A DNA stretch of 64,000 nucleotides, taken from assembly GCA_963976765.1 (NCBI GenBank), contig CAXBME010000036.1, positions 9,461 through 73,460 on the forward strand, read 5' to 3'. This DNA is from an uncultured Planctomycetaceae bacterium. GTDB lineage: Bacteria; Planctomycetota; Planctomycetia; Planctomycetales; Planctomycetaceae. The first letter of the stretch is position 1; each line of letters starts with the position of its first letter. Both the position numbers and the translations under genes were made by a program. Below the pieces are notes generated by a model that was not told where the DNA came from, did no database searches, and saw only the letters and a list, made by a program, of their open reading frames with translations. Of the stretch, positions 49,293-59,021 are shown piece after piece.

Positions 49293-50480
49293 TCAGGGAC
49301 GCGTCAGCAGTTCAGCTGTCGATTCGTCGGGCGAGTCTGCCCCAGCGGCGCTGCGTGAATCGTCCACAGACGGCAGCGACTCCTGCAGTTGTACAAGCAC
49401 GGTCGTGTCCGGTGTTGACGTGCTGTGAAATTCGGTCGTGGATTCATCGGTGACCGTCCCGCTGGCCCCGAAACCGAACAGAGTAACTTTTACCGTTCGC
49501 AGAAACCCTTTCAGGCTGCCGAACGTCTGAGCAACGGCCGTGGGTTCATAGCCCGAGTGAACCATGCAGTCGGTGCATTTTGGATTGCCGCTGCAACGCC
49601 CGTACGAATTCCAGTCGGTCGTTTCCATCAGTTCTTTGAACGATCCGCAGTAACCTTCCTGGAGGAGATAACACGGTTTCTGCCAGCCAAACAGGTTGTA
49701 GGTTGGGTTTCCCCAGGGAGTGCATTCGAGGTCGAAGCGGCCTCGCAGAAACTCCAGAAACAGCGGCGACTGATTGAAACGCCAGGATTTCTTTGGGCGG
49801 TCCAGCAGTTTGCCGAACAGCCGCAGTGTTTCGTTACGGTGAAGAAAGTGTTCCTGATCCGGAGCTTTCTCGTAGGGATAGCCAGGAGAAACCATCATGC
49901 CTTCGACGCCGAGTTCCATCAGCTCGTCGAAGAACCGTCGGCACGATTCCGGGTCAGCGTCGTTGAACAGGGTGGTGTTCGTAGTGACCCGAAAGCCGCG
50001 TTGGACAGCCGCTCGAATGGCCCGAACCGCGACTTCATAGATGCCTTCGCGACAGACGGCTCGGTCGTGCTCTTCCTGCAGACCGTCCAGGTGCACGGAA
50101 AACGTCAGATACTTCGATGGCGTGAATCGGTCGAGATGTTCTTCCAGCAGGATCGCGTTTGTGCAGAGGTAGATGTACTTTTTCCGTTCGACCAGTCCGT
50201 CGACGATTTCGTGAATCTCAGGATGGAGCAGCGGTTCGCCGCCGGGGATTGACACCATCGGAGCGCCGCATTCTTCGACGGCCTGAAAGCATTCTTCCGC
50301 CGCGAGATTCCGCTTCAGAACACTGTTGGGATGCTGGATTTTTCCGCAGCCGGCGCAGGCCAGATTGCATCGAAACAGTGGTTCGAGCATCAGAACCAGA
50401 GGATACCGCTCGATTCCTCGCAGCTTTTGCCGCAGAACGTACGACGCGACCGTCCACATTTGCGAGACGGGAACTCCCAT
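49293..50480 (-). CDS. hpnH: Adenosyl-hopene transferase (hopanoid side-chain radical SAM enzyme)
   Basis: [51 protein letters not shown] is a typical HpnH N-terminus and cluster motif. The start is ATG 50480. An unusual ~55-aa Ser/Thr/Asp-rich C-terminal tail is present. Confidence 0.88.
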   Translation of the reverse strand: MGVPVSQMWTVASYVLRQKLRGIERYPLVLMLEPLFRCNLACAGCGKIQHPNSVLKRNLAAEECFQAVEECGAPMVSIPGGEPLLHPEIHEIVDGLVERKKYIYLCTNAILLEEHLDRFTPSKYLTFSVHLDGLQEEHDRAVCREGIYEVAVRAIRAAVQRGFRVTTNTTLFNDADPESCRRFFDELMELGVEGMMVSPGYPYEKAPDQEHFLHRNETLRLFGKLLDRPKKSWRFNQSPLFLEFLRGRFDLECTPWGNPTYNLFGWQKPCYLLQEGYCGSFKELMETTDWNSYGRCSGNPKCTDCMVHSGYEPTAVAQTFGSLKGFLRTVKVTLFGFGASGTVTDESTTEFHSTSTPDTTVLVQLQESLPSVDDSRSAAGADSPDESTAELLTRP

Positions 50481-50711
50481 AGAATGCCTCCGTGCATCAA
50501 TTGGCGCCGCTGCCAGAATGCGAAAAAGAATTGACTGGCTGAATACGCGGCAAAGAGGAGTGTGGTAACAGCTTTCGGACATTCTGTCAGCCCCGCTCCG
50601 CCTCGCTCGCGGATATCGTCGCCCGAACTTAAACTCCGCGACCGGTCGTCCTGCTGAACCTTCCAGCAGCCGTTGTACTCATGATTTCAAAGCAGAAAAC
50701 CAGGCAGAACC

Positions 50712-51101
50712 ATGCCGGACTGGCTGGCCGTTGGAATTGGCGGGTTCGTGGGAGCAGTCTCGCGATTCCAGATTAGCCTCTGGCTGAGTGTCTGGAGCAC
50801 TCAGAAATTTGGTCGCATTTATCCGTTCGGTACGTTCGCTGTGAACGTGGCCGGCTGCCTGTTCATCGGAATTCTGATGGCACTGGCGGTGGACAGGAAG
50901 ATTCCAGACGTGTGGCAGAAGATTCTGGTGACTGGTTGCCTGGGGTCGCTGACGACGTTTTCCACGTTCAGTTACGAAACGATCGGCTTATTCCGGGATG
51001 ATCGACCAGGACTGGCGGCTGTCTACGTTGTCGCCAACCTGGCGATTGGATTAATCGCCGTCATGGTTGGGATGGGGATTGCCAGAGCGGTCGTCCGCTG
51101 A
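50712..51101 (+). CDS. crcB: Fluoride efflux channel CrcB/FluC
   Basis: The protein is 129 aa with 4 TM helices. Signatures are GGFVGAVSRF and GCLGSLTTFSTFSYE. Confidence 0.9.
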   Translation: MPDWLAVGIGGFVGAVSRFQISLWLSVWSTQKFGRIYPFGTFAVNVAGCLFIGILMALAVDRKIPDVWQKILVTGCLGSLTTFSTFSYETIGLFRDDRPGLAAVYVVANLAIGLIAVMVGMGIARAVVR

Positions 51102-51182
51102 CAGCAGCGTTTCATCACAGAAGCACAACATGAGTTTCCGAGTATCACGAACTCGGATCACCGTTTAGATGGAGAGTCCACG

Positions 51183-52613
51183 TTGAGCCACGACATTTAC
51201 TCAAACCCGCTGATTTCTCGATACGCGTCCCGCGAAATGGCGCAGCTCTGGTCGCCGCAGCGACGGCACGAAACCTGGCGTCGCATGTGGGTTGCACTGG
51301 CTGAGGCGGAAAAAGAACTTGGTCTGAACATCTCGGACGAGCAGATCAACCAGCTCAAAGCCAACGTCGCGAATATCGATTTCGAAGCCGCTGCGGGATA
51401 CGAACGTGAGCTTCGCCATGACGTGATGGCTCACGTTCATGCTTACGGAGACGTTTGTCCGGACGCTCGCGGCATCATCCATCTCGGGGCGACAAGCTGC
51501 TACGTCACCGACAACGCTGACCTGGTACTTCTGCGCGAGGGCCTGGAACTCGTTCGAAATCGACTGGTCCAGGTGATTGACGCGCTCGGCAGATTCGCGG
51601 CGGAATATCGCGACCTGCCGTGTCTGGGCTTCACGCATCTGCAACCGGCTCAACCGACAACCGTCGGCAAGAGAGCCACGCTGTGGTGCTATGACCTGGT
51701 GCTTGACCTTGAAGAACTCGAACACCGAATCAGCAAGCTTCGGTTCCGCGGCGTCAAAGGGACGACTGGCACGCAGGCCACCTTTCTTTCGCTGTTCGAA
51801 GGTGATCACGGCAAAGTCGAAGAACTCGATCGCCTGGTGACTGCAAAGCTTGGTTTCGAAGAGTCCTACGCCGTCACCGGCCAGACTTACAGCCGTAAAG
51901 TTGACGCTCAAATCATCGGCGTTCTGTCGGGGATTGCTCAGTCCGCGAATAAAACCGGCTCCGACATGCGGATTCTGCAAAGTCGAAAAGAACTGGAAGA
52001 ACCGTTTGAAAAGAAACAGATCGGCTCGTCGGCGATGGCCTACAAGCGAAACCCGATGCGGTCTGAGCGAATGTGCTCGCTGGCGCGTTTCGTGACAAGC
52101 CTGCAGAGCAGTGCGGATCAGACGTTCGCCAACCAGTGGCTTGAGCGAACTCTGGACGACAGCGCAAACCGGCGACTGACCATCCCGCAGGCGTTCCTGG
52201 GAATCGACGCCGTGCTGATTCTTTACCAGAACATCACCGACGGCCTGGTCGTTTACCCGAAGACGATTGAGAAACACCTCAACGAAGAGCTTCCGTTTAT
52301 GGCCACGGAGGAAATTCTGATGGCTGGCGTCCAGGCCGGTGGCGACCGCCAGGAACTGCACGAACAAATTCGCGTCCACAGTCAGGAAGCAGCTCGACAG
52401 GTTAAGGAAAACGGTCTGTCAAACGATCTGATGGATCGTTTGAAGAGTGATCCTGCCTTTGCGAATGTCGATCTCTCCGGAGCACTTGACGGTCGGCGAT
52501 TCGTTGGTCGTGCGCCGGAGCAGGTTGATTCGTTCGTTGCGAACGTCGTCCAGCCAATTCGAGATCGCTATGTGGGAGCAGGCTCGGACTTGTCGGGCGA
52601 AGTGACTGTCTAG
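51183..52613 (+). CDS. purB: Adenylosuccinate lyase
   Basis: It has an [16 protein letters not shown]-terminus of the B. subtilis type and the fumarate-lyase signature [18 protein letters not shown] 51183 is preceded by GGAGAG. Confidence 0.93.
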   Translation: MSHDIYSNPLISRYASREMAQLWSPQRRHETWRRMWVALAEAEKELGLNISDEQINQLKANVANIDFEAAAGYERELRHDVMAHVHAYGDVCPDARGIIHLGATSCYVTDNADLVLLREGLELVRNRLVQVIDALGRFAAEYRDLPCLGFTHLQPAQPTTVGKRATLWCYDLVLDLEELEHRISKLRFRGVKGTTGTQATFLSLFEGDHGKVEELDRLVTAKLGFEESYAVTGQTYSRKVDAQIIGVLSGIAQSANKTGSDMRILQSRKELEEPFEKKQIGSSAMAYKRNPMRSERMCSLARFVTSLQSSADQTFANQWLERTLDDSANRRLTIPQAFLGIDAVLILYQNITDGLVVYPKTIEKHLNEELPFMATEEILMAGVQAGGDRQELHEQIRVHSQEAARQVKENGLSNDLMDRLKSDPAFANVDLSGALDGRRFVGRAPEQVDSFVANVVQPIRDRYVGAGSDLSGEVTV

Positions 52614-52640
52614 AATCTTCCTGGGCATGATGTTGGACAC

Positions 52641-52698
52641 GTAGGGTGGGCATTGCCCATCAAAAAGTTCAGGTGTTGGTGGGCTGTGTCCACCCTAC
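52641..52698. repeat. REP-like inverted pair of the GTAGGGTGGGCA motif
   Basis: GTAGGGTGGGCAT (52641-52653) pairs with GTGTCCACCCTAC (52686-52698): 13 bp including two G-T pairs, with a 32-nt loop. The left unit contains the internal palindrome TGGGCA-T-TGCCCA. It is related to the motif at 62556 and 62790. Confidence 0.55.
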
Positions 52699-52720
52699 TG
52701 GCCTACTGGCGAAGTGTGTT

Positions 52721-54205
52721 ATGCCGGACTCTTCAACTCAATCTGCTCCCAAACGGATTGCCGTCATCGGTGCTGGAGTGTCCGGACTTGCGGCTGCGCA
52801 CCGGTTGATTGAGTTATCGAGCGACGGGCGGAGCCAATTAGATGTCACACTTTTCGAGGCAGGTGATTCGCCAGGCGGTGTCGCGGGGACGCGAAAGATC
52901 GGGGATTACCTGGTCGAAACCGGGGCGGACATGTTCATCACGAACCAGCCGGCTGCGCTGAATTTGTGCCGCCGAATTGGACTGAGCGACGAACTGATTC
53001 CAACCGAGACGACTCATCGTGGTTCTCTGGTTCTGCGGAACGGGAAGCCTGTTCGAGTTCCCGAAGGCTTCATGCTGATCAGTCCGGCAAGAGTCTGGCC
53101 GGTTCTTACGTCGTCCATCTTTTCTCCCCTGGGCAAACTGCGGATGGGGCTTGAGTATCTGCTGCCTCGTCGAAAATGCCAGACGGACGAAACCCTGGCG
53201 AGCTTTGTGAAACGCCGATTCGGCAGGGAAGCGTTCGACCGACTGATCCAGCCACTGGTCGGAGGCATTTATACCGCCGATCCTGACAGGCTGAGTCTTC
53301 GGGCGACATTGCCGCGTTTCATCGAGATGGAGCAGAAGTACCGCAGTCTGATTATTGGCTCGCGGAAGCAGGCTGCGGCCCGGGAAACGAAATCTGATGC
53401 TGACGGAAGCGGTGCCCGTTACGGACTGTTCACTGCGCCGCGTGGAGGCATGAGTGTGCTGTTCACGCGGCTGGTGGAAGCCGTCAGTCAGAACGCTTCA
53501 GTGAGATTTGGTGAACGCGTCGTTGCCGTTTCGTCGAATAAATCAGGCGGCTATTCCGTGATGCTGCATTCGGATGAGCAGCTCAGTTTTGATGGCGTCG
53601 TGATTGCGTTGCCGTCGTTTCAGGCTGCCAGCATTCTGGATGCTGGCCAGGCGGATGAGCGAGTTGCTCACAGGTCTGACTCGATGGATGAGCTGATCGG
53701 GCATTTGAACGGAATCGAATATTCATCGGCGGCTGTCGTTGTCAGCGGGCATCGCCTGTCAGATATCAGGCATCCGCTTGACGCATTCGGATTGGTCATC
53801 CCTGCCATTGAGAATCGGAAGGTGCTGGCGATTTCGTTTACAAGCCGGAAGTTCCCCGGCCGTGCGCCGGATGGCAGAGTTCTGCTGCGCACTTTTGTCG
53901 GAGGTGCTATGCAGCCTGAAATGCTCGATCAGTCAGATGAAGGAATTCTGGAATCCGTTCGGTCGGAGCTGCATTCAATTCTGGGCGTTGGGGGCGACCC
54001 TGACTTCATGGAAATCTGCTGGCACAAACGGTCGATGCCACAATATCACGTTGGACATTGCGACCGCGTTGCTCGAATTCGCGAATTGGTTACTGACCGC
54101 GCAGGGTTGGAACTGGCTGGAAACGCATACTCAGGCGTGGGCATCCCGGATTGCATTCTGAGTGGCGAATCCGCTGCCGAACGGCTGGTCGAACAACTGG
54201 CATGA
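52721..54205 (+). CDS. hemY: Protoporphyrinogen/coproporphyrinogen III oxidase, FAD-dependent HemY type
   Basis: KRIAVIGAGVSGLAAAHRL is the dinucleotide fold, followed by LFEAGDSPGG. The C-terminal LELAGNAYSGVGIPDCILSG is typical of HemY. I moved the start to ATG 52721; upstream residues in the ORF track are a translation of the REP element. Confidence 0.85.
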   Translation: MPDSSTQSAPKRIAVIGAGVSGLAAAHRLIELSSDGRSQLDVTLFEAGDSPGGVAGTRKIGDYLVETGADMFITNQPAALNLCRRIGLSDELIPTETTHRGSLVLRNGKPVRVPEGFMLISPARVWPVLTSSIFSPLGKLRMGLEYLLPRRKCQTDETLASFVKRRFGREAFDRLIQPLVGGIYTADPDRLSLRATLPRFIEMEQKYRSLIIGSRKQAAARETKSDADGSGARYGLFTAPRGGMSVLFTRLVEAVSQNASVRFGERVVAVSSNKSGGYSVMLHSDEQLSFDGVVIALPSFQAASILDAGQADERVAHRSDSMDELIGHLNGIEYSSAAVVVSGHRLSDIRHPLDAFGLVIPAIENRKVLAISFTSRKFPGRAPDGRVLLRTFVGGAMQPEMLDQSDEGILESVRSELHSILGVGGDPDFMEICWHKRSMPQYHVGHCDRVARIRELVTDRAGLELAGNAYSGVGIPDCILSGESAAERLVEQLA

Positions 54206-54226
54206 GAACATAAAGAGTAGCGTCGG

Positions 54227-55720
54227 CTACTGAAGCCACTTTCCGGTTCGCTGGTCGAGAATCGACTGGAAGCTGGACTTAGGATTTCCGGCAGCGTCGA
54301 TCAGGCCAGCATTGGGAAACACATGGCGACTGGCGTCGGTGAGATGACTCCAGTAAATCCCGACTACTGACTGCTTTGCCATGAGCAACGGAATAACCGA
54401 ATCGATCCAGTCAGATTGAGACTGCGTGCTCCACGGACTTCGCCAACAGTTTTCGGCAACCGACACATCGTCAGCAGCATGGGGGTCGGCGTCGCAGCAG
54501 GATGGGAATGCCAGAGTGACGTTCAGTGGGATCTCAAGCATGCTCCACTGATCCAGCAGCCGCGAAAGATCCAGCAGATCTCGCGGAGCGCTTCCTTTGA
54601 TTCCGTAGCCGACAGAAATTTCCAGATTCACGCCGGAAAGCCCCACCCCGCATCGAAGCAAAGCATCAACGAACTGAATTGGTGACAGCCGATGCTCACC
54701 CGCAGAAAGGTAAGAGCCCCAGGGGTCCTCGACCCGGATCATCAGCTGACCTTCTTCATCGCTTTGTCTGGCAACTTCCAGTGTACGAGCGATGAGGGTC
54801 AGCCGTTCTTCCTCATTCAGGTTGAACGATCCGCCGGTGTTGACTCGCGACGAGACTTCCCACAGACGAACTTTACCGGCGTACCGCGAAATGGCCGTTT
54901 CGACGAAGTCGCAAAGGAAGCTTTGCAGATTGAAAAAGTCGTGCCCCCACTGGTTCAGCCATTCGGGCAACCCGTTCGACGACAGGTCGAGCAGCGGGCC
55001 GCCGCGCATCAGCAGCCGATTTTCCATGCACCAGGCAACGAGTTCATCGCATGAGTCCCAGTGATAAACGCCTTCCTGGGGTTCGATCTGTTTCCATTCG
55101 ATGGGAATCGCGGCGGCGTTGAATGTTTCGAGAAACGGCTCGCGTTGCTTATACGGCGCATCGACGCAGTTGATGCCGCATCCAAAGGAAACCGGCAGTT
55201 GCGGAGATCGCTTGAATCGAACCGACAATCTTTGTCGAACGTACGCGTTGGCGAGCTGATCAATCGCCTCGAAGGCTTTGGCAATGGCCTTATTGGCCAG
55301 ACGGGTGACCTCGGCGATGTCCGGTTTGGCTGCGGTCGCCTGAGCGAACAGATGGTGTGCTTCTTTGTGGACAGTTCGAAACTCGTCCGGGATGATCATC
55401 CCGAGACCTTCCCAGGTTGCGAGCTGATTTCTGACCTGGCAGATTTTTCCGCGAGCAAGCTCCAGCGATAGAATATACGGGTCGTCGTGCTCGCGAAGGC
55501 TGGCAGTACTGACGATCGGCTTTCCAAATCCTTCCACAGGATAGGGGATCAGAAGCTTGCCACTGTCAGCATTGACTCGTCGGAAGTCGACGTGGTCGCC
55601 ATTAACTTCGAAGCGAGAAGCGAAGACTCGTCCGTCAAAGCCACTGATGTAGGCTCGGGGAAGATCAGCTTCGGCATCCAGCAGTCCTTCAGGGTGGACC
55701 GTGAACCGCATGACCCCCAT
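54227..55720 (-). CDS. Hypothetical cytoplasmic TIM-barrel glycoside-hydrolase-like protein (GH10-like motif)
   Basis: WKQIEPQEGVYHWDSCDELVAWCMENRLLMRGGPL resembles the GH10 W..EP..G.....D..V.......RGH segment. There is no signal peptide. The start is ATG 55720 or 55711. Confidence 0.6.
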   Translation of the reverse strand: MGVMRFTVHPEGLLDAEADLPRAYISGFDGRVFASRFEVNGDHVDFRRVNADSGKLLIPYPVEGFGKPIVSTASLREHDDPYILSLELARGKICQVRNQLATWEGLGMIIPDEFRTVHKEAHHLFAQATAAKPDIAEVTRLANKAIAKAFEAIDQLANAYVRQRLSVRFKRSPQLPVSFGCGINCVDAPYKQREPFLETFNAAAIPIEWKQIEPQEGVYHWDSCDELVAWCMENRLLMRGGPLLDLSSNGLPEWLNQWGHDFFNLQSFLCDFVETAISRYAGKVRLWEVSSRVNTGGSFNLNEEERLTLIARTLEVARQSDEEGQLMIRVEDPWGSYLSAGEHRLSPIQFVDALLRCGVGLSGVNLEISVGYGIKGSAPRDLLDLSRLLDQWSMLEIPLNVTLAFPSCCDADPHAADDVSVAENCWRSPWSTQSQSDWIDSVIPLLMAKQSVVGIYWSHLTDASRHVFPNAGLIDAAGNPKSSFQSILDQRTGKWLQ

Positions 55721-56047
55721 ATGAGGAACCCCATTGTGCTGGAACGGAATGTTTTCGGTAAGCTGAAAGGTGCGAAGCCTGGTCAATTAAACCGGCGACC
55801 AGCGACGCATACGACGAGACAAACTCCGTTCTGCGAGTGCTTCAATATTCCTTTTCTGCTCAAGATTCGAGCAGTAGAAGCATCATCCGGGACCAGACAG
55901 TCCTGGAAAGAGCGAGCGAGTGTAGCCCCCGTCAGGCTACTGTTCAACGATCTTTGGTACCGGTACACTCCCGCCGAATCGCGATCATAAAGTGTCCCGT
56001 TTTTGACTTTTATGACGGCCATCGTGCCGACTCTGGTGAAAGCCGCA

Positions 56048-56935
56048 ATGTCCACCGCAGTACTCCAGACTACATTGCCAGGAATGCCTGTTCGTCAGGG
56101 AAAAGTCCGTGATATCTACGACTTCGGCGACCGACTCCTCTTTGTAGCGTCGGACCGAATCAGTGCCTTCGACTGGGTGCTGCCAGATGGTATTCCGGAT
56201 AAAGGCCGAGTGCTTACACAGGTCAGCCGGTTCTGGTTCGATCAGCTCGACGTTACGAATCACGTGCTGAGTCTCGACCCGACCGACGTGCCACTTCCCG
56301 ACGGCACTGATGTGGAGTCGCTTCAGGGCCGCAGCATGGTGGTTCGAAAAACCAAAGTGGTCCCCATCGAGTGCGTCGTGCGAGGCTACCTCGCCGGCTC
56401 TGGCTGGAAAGAGTATCAGGCAAGTCAAACCGTGTGCGGAATTCCGCTTCCGTCAGGTCTGCTTCTGGCTGACCAGCTTCCCGAACCCATTTTCACGCCC
56501 GCCACCAAGGCCGAAACGGGACACGACGAAAACATCTCGTTCGAAGAAACGTGCAAGGTAATCGGTGAAGAACTAGCGACCAGACTGCGTGATATCAGCA
56601 TCAGCATTTATCGGAAGGCGTCTGAATTTGCCCGAGAGCGAGGCATCATTCTTGCCGATACGAAGTTCGAATTCGGTCTCGATGGCGACGAAATTGTCCT
56701 GATCGACGAAGTGCTCACTCCCGACAGTTCGCGTTACTGGCCAGCGGATCGCTACGAGCCTGGTCGCAGCCCGTTTTCCTACGACAAGCAATTTGTCCGG
56801 GACTGGCTGGAAACAACCGACTGGGACAAGAACAGCCCGCCGCCGAATATGCCGGAAGAGATCGCCACGAAAACTCGCGCGAAGTACGTCGAAGCTTTCG
56901 AGGTACTGACGGGCGAGTCGTTTCCGTGGAAATAG
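56048..56935 (+). CDS. purC: Phosphoribosylaminoimidazole-succinocarboxamide synthase
   Basis: [34 protein letters not shown] and PDSSRYWP are present. The start is ATG 56048 (alternative 56012). Confidence 0.92.
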   Translation: MSTAVLQTTLPGMPVRQGKVRDIYDFGDRLLFVASDRISAFDWVLPDGIPDKGRVLTQVSRFWFDQLDVTNHVLSLDPTDVPLPDGTDVESLQGRSMVVRKTKVVPIECVVRGYLAGSGWKEYQASQTVCGIPLPSGLLLADQLPEPIFTPATKAETGHDENISFEETCKVIGEELATRLRDISISIYRKASEFARERGIILADTKFEFGLDGDEIVLIDEVLTPDSSRYWPADRYEPGRSPFSYDKQFVRDWLETTDWDKNSPPPNMPEEIATKTRAKYVEAFEVLTGESFPWK

Positions 56936-57110
56936 TCGTTTCCGTCGGAATTGATTGCCGTTGTTGAGAGCTGCGACGTGCAGAATCGGCTGGTTTGGTT
57001 TTCGCACGGAGGTCCAATAAACTCCCCGACTTGAGGCATTCCGCGCGGCGCAGCAGCCGTTGGGCAGGTCCGGATTTGAATCAAATCGTCCGGTAATATT
57101 CGGTGAGGTT

Positions 57111-58538
57111 ATGGCCAAAGACTTTTTGAAAGATGCAAAAGATCACTACGACGTTGTCGTTATCGGCAGCGGCCTGGCGGGGCTGACCTCGGCCAACACG
57201 CTGGCCCGGCAGGGGCGTTCGGTGCTTCTACTGGAACACCATTATCAGCTCGGTGGCATGGCCACCTGGTTTAAGCGACGCAATGGCCACATCTTTGATA
57301 TTTCGCTCCACGGCTTCCCGATTGGCATGGTCAAATCGTGCCGCAAATACTGGACTCAGGAAATTGCCGACTCCATCGTCCAGCTCAAAGGCATCCGGTT
57401 TGAGAACCCGCAGTTCTCGCTGGAGACGACTTTCGACCGCAAAGACTTCACGCGACTGATCACCGAGAAGTTCGAAATTCCGCACCAGACCGTCGATGAC
57501 TTTTTCACTTTCGCCCGGAAGATGAATTTCTACGACGACCAGCAGATGACGACTCGGGAGCTGTTTGACAAATTCTTTCCCGGTCGCGACGACGTCGTTC
57601 GATTGCTGATGGAGCCGATTACTTACGCAAACGGTTCCACGCTGGAAGACCCCGCAATCACTTACGGAATCGTTTTTTCGAACTTCATGAGCAAAGGCGT
57701 GTTCACCTTTCAGGGCGGGACCGACAAACTCGTCAATCAGATGAAAGATGAGATGATCAGCAACGGAGTCGACATTCGAATTCGCTCCAATGTTGAGAGC
57801 ATCGAGATTGGTCCGGACCGGCAGGTAACCGGAGTTGTCGTCAACGGTCGCCGCATCGGATGTAACGCGATCCTCTCCAATGCGAACCTCAAGCAGACGA
57901 TCTTTGATCTGGTCGGCGCGGACAATCTCGACAGAGAGTACGTGGATGAGGCCGAAGCCGTTCGACTTAACACCAGCAGTTGCCAGGTCTACATCGCTCT
58001 GAAGCCGGGCGAGTCGTACGACTATTGCGGCGACCTGCTGTTTCACTCTGAGCACCGTGGGTTTGATATCGACGCGATTCTCAGTCGCGATGTCAGCAGT
58101 CGAACTTTTTCGTTCTACTACCCGGAAACTCGACCGGGGCACGATCGGTACGTCATCGTGTCGTCGACGAATGCCCGGTTCGAAGACTGGGCCAACCTGT
58201 CAGAAGAAGAGTACGAGGCTTCGAAGCAGGATCTTGTTGATACGACGCTCGACTGTCTTGAACAGTACGTTCCGAACATCCGCGAAAAAGTGGACCACGC
58301 CGAAGCATCCACGCCAAAGACATTTCAGCATTACACAAAGCACTGGCGAGGGTCGTCATTCGGCACGAAGTTCGAAGGCCTTGATGTCAGCCGAAAACTT
58401 CCCGAGCAGATCGGCGGACTTTTCCATGCTGGCTCGGTGGGGATCATTATGTCGGGGTGGCTGGGGGCTGTGAACTACGGCGTCATTGTTTCAAACGACG
58501 TCGATAAATACCTGACGCCTGCCGTGGCCACCGTTTGA
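57111..58538 (+). CDS. FAD-dependent oxidoreductase of the phytoene desaturase (CrtI/CrtD-like) family
   Basis: The N-terminus is [37 protein letters not shown] and the C-terminal motif is GLFHAGSVG. The start is ATG 57111. Confidence 0.85.
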   Translation: MAKDFLKDAKDHYDVVVIGSGLAGLTSANTLARQGRSVLLLEHHYQLGGMATWFKRRNGHIFDISLHGFPIGMVKSCRKYWTQEIADSIVQLKGIRFENPQFSLETTFDRKDFTRLITEKFEIPHQTVDDFFTFARKMNFYDDQQMTTRELFDKFFPGRDDVVRLLMEPITYANGSTLEDPAITYGIVFSNFMSKGVFTFQGGTDKLVNQMKDEMISNGVDIRIRSNVESIEIGPDRQVTGVVVNGRRIGCNAILSNANLKQTIFDLVGADNLDREYVDEAEAVRLNTSSCQVYIALKPGESYDYCGDLLFHSEHRGFDIDAILSRDVSSRTFSFYYPETRPGHDRYVIVSSTNARFEDWANLSEEEYEASKQDLVDTTLDCLEQYVPNIREKVDHAEASTPKTFQHYTKHWRGSSFGTKFEGLDVSRKLPEQIGGLFHAGSVGIIMSGWLGAVNYGVIVSNDVDKYLTPAVATV

Positions 58539-58585
58539 GTAGAGCCGTCAGTCTGATTCGAAAGTCCAGCTTGACGGTCGGTTCT

Positions 58586-58975
58586 TCAAACGAAGCTGCT
58601 CAACCACGAGGCTGTCCGACAGAAGCAATGGAGCCGAAGGGGTTTTCCCATGGTTTTCGAGGCTGTCGGTTTAATCCAACTAAACGCTAAAGCCTGGCAG
58701 CCGGTGAGTGACTGTTTTGCCATAGCTCGCCAGTCGGCAGTTCCCGTCGATCCTGAATTTCCTGTACCGCGTGCTGTGACCGTACCCGGAAGATGCAAAT
58801 TCGTGACGCCTGGTGTGACTTCGTGTTGGTGGTGGTTTTCTTGCTGCGGTAGTATCTGGTAGCGAATAATGGCTCCCGGCTTCTGACGCTCGTTGAGCCG
58901 GGCGTCAACCTGCATGTCCGATAAACTCCGGTACTCGCGAAGGCTGTCTGGTGGCGACTCGAAAACCGCCGACAT
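58586..58975 (-). CDS. Questionable ORF (129 aa) with a strong ribosome-binding site
   Basis: The ATG is preceded by AAGGAG with a 7-nt spacer. The first ~35 codons look genome-like. The remainder contains rare codons (ata, cta) and has an odd composition. I recognise no family. Confidence 0.25.
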   Translation of the reverse strand: MSAVFESPPDSLREYRSLSDMQVDARLNERQKPGAIIRYQILPQQENHHQHEVTPGVTNLHLPGTVTARGTGNSGSTGTADWRAMAKQSLTGCQALAFSWIKPTASKTMGKPLRLHCFCRTASWLSSFV

Positions 58976-59021
58976 ACAAAGGCTCCTTCTGATACTGCTT
59001 CCAGCTCATAAGGATTGATTC

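Noticed and set aside
50583-50711. Possible fluoride riboswitch upstream of crcB.
   Set aside because: Fragments resemble pieces of the crcB motif (AAACTCCGC, GCTGAACCTTCC). I could not fold the required GGCGA...TCGCC stem, the second stem and the pseudoknot in the right order. A covariance-model scan (Rfam RF01734) would settle it; a hit above threshold would overturn this rejection.
51201-52379. Very long antisense or alternative-frame ORFs opposite real genes. Examples are 51201-52379 vs purB, 33727-34713 vs moaA, 35334-36620 vs the oxidoreductase, 57228-58142 vs the CrtI-like gene, 61257-62186 vs hemE, 43380-44303 vs the RTX gene, 49425-50252 vs hpnH, 28818-29612 vs mutL and 48069-49010 inside the PLP gene.
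   Set aside because: Each overlaps a gene with unmistakable family motifs. Their translations are Arg/Ser/Gly-rich with no recognisable domains. Stop-codon depletion on the opposite strand of GC-biased coding sequence explains them.
52646-52720. ORF-track N-terminus of hemY (MGIAHQKVQVLVGCVHPTGLLAKCV).
   Set aside because: It is a translation of the REP-like palindrome. The dinucleotide-binding fold begins right after Met 52721.
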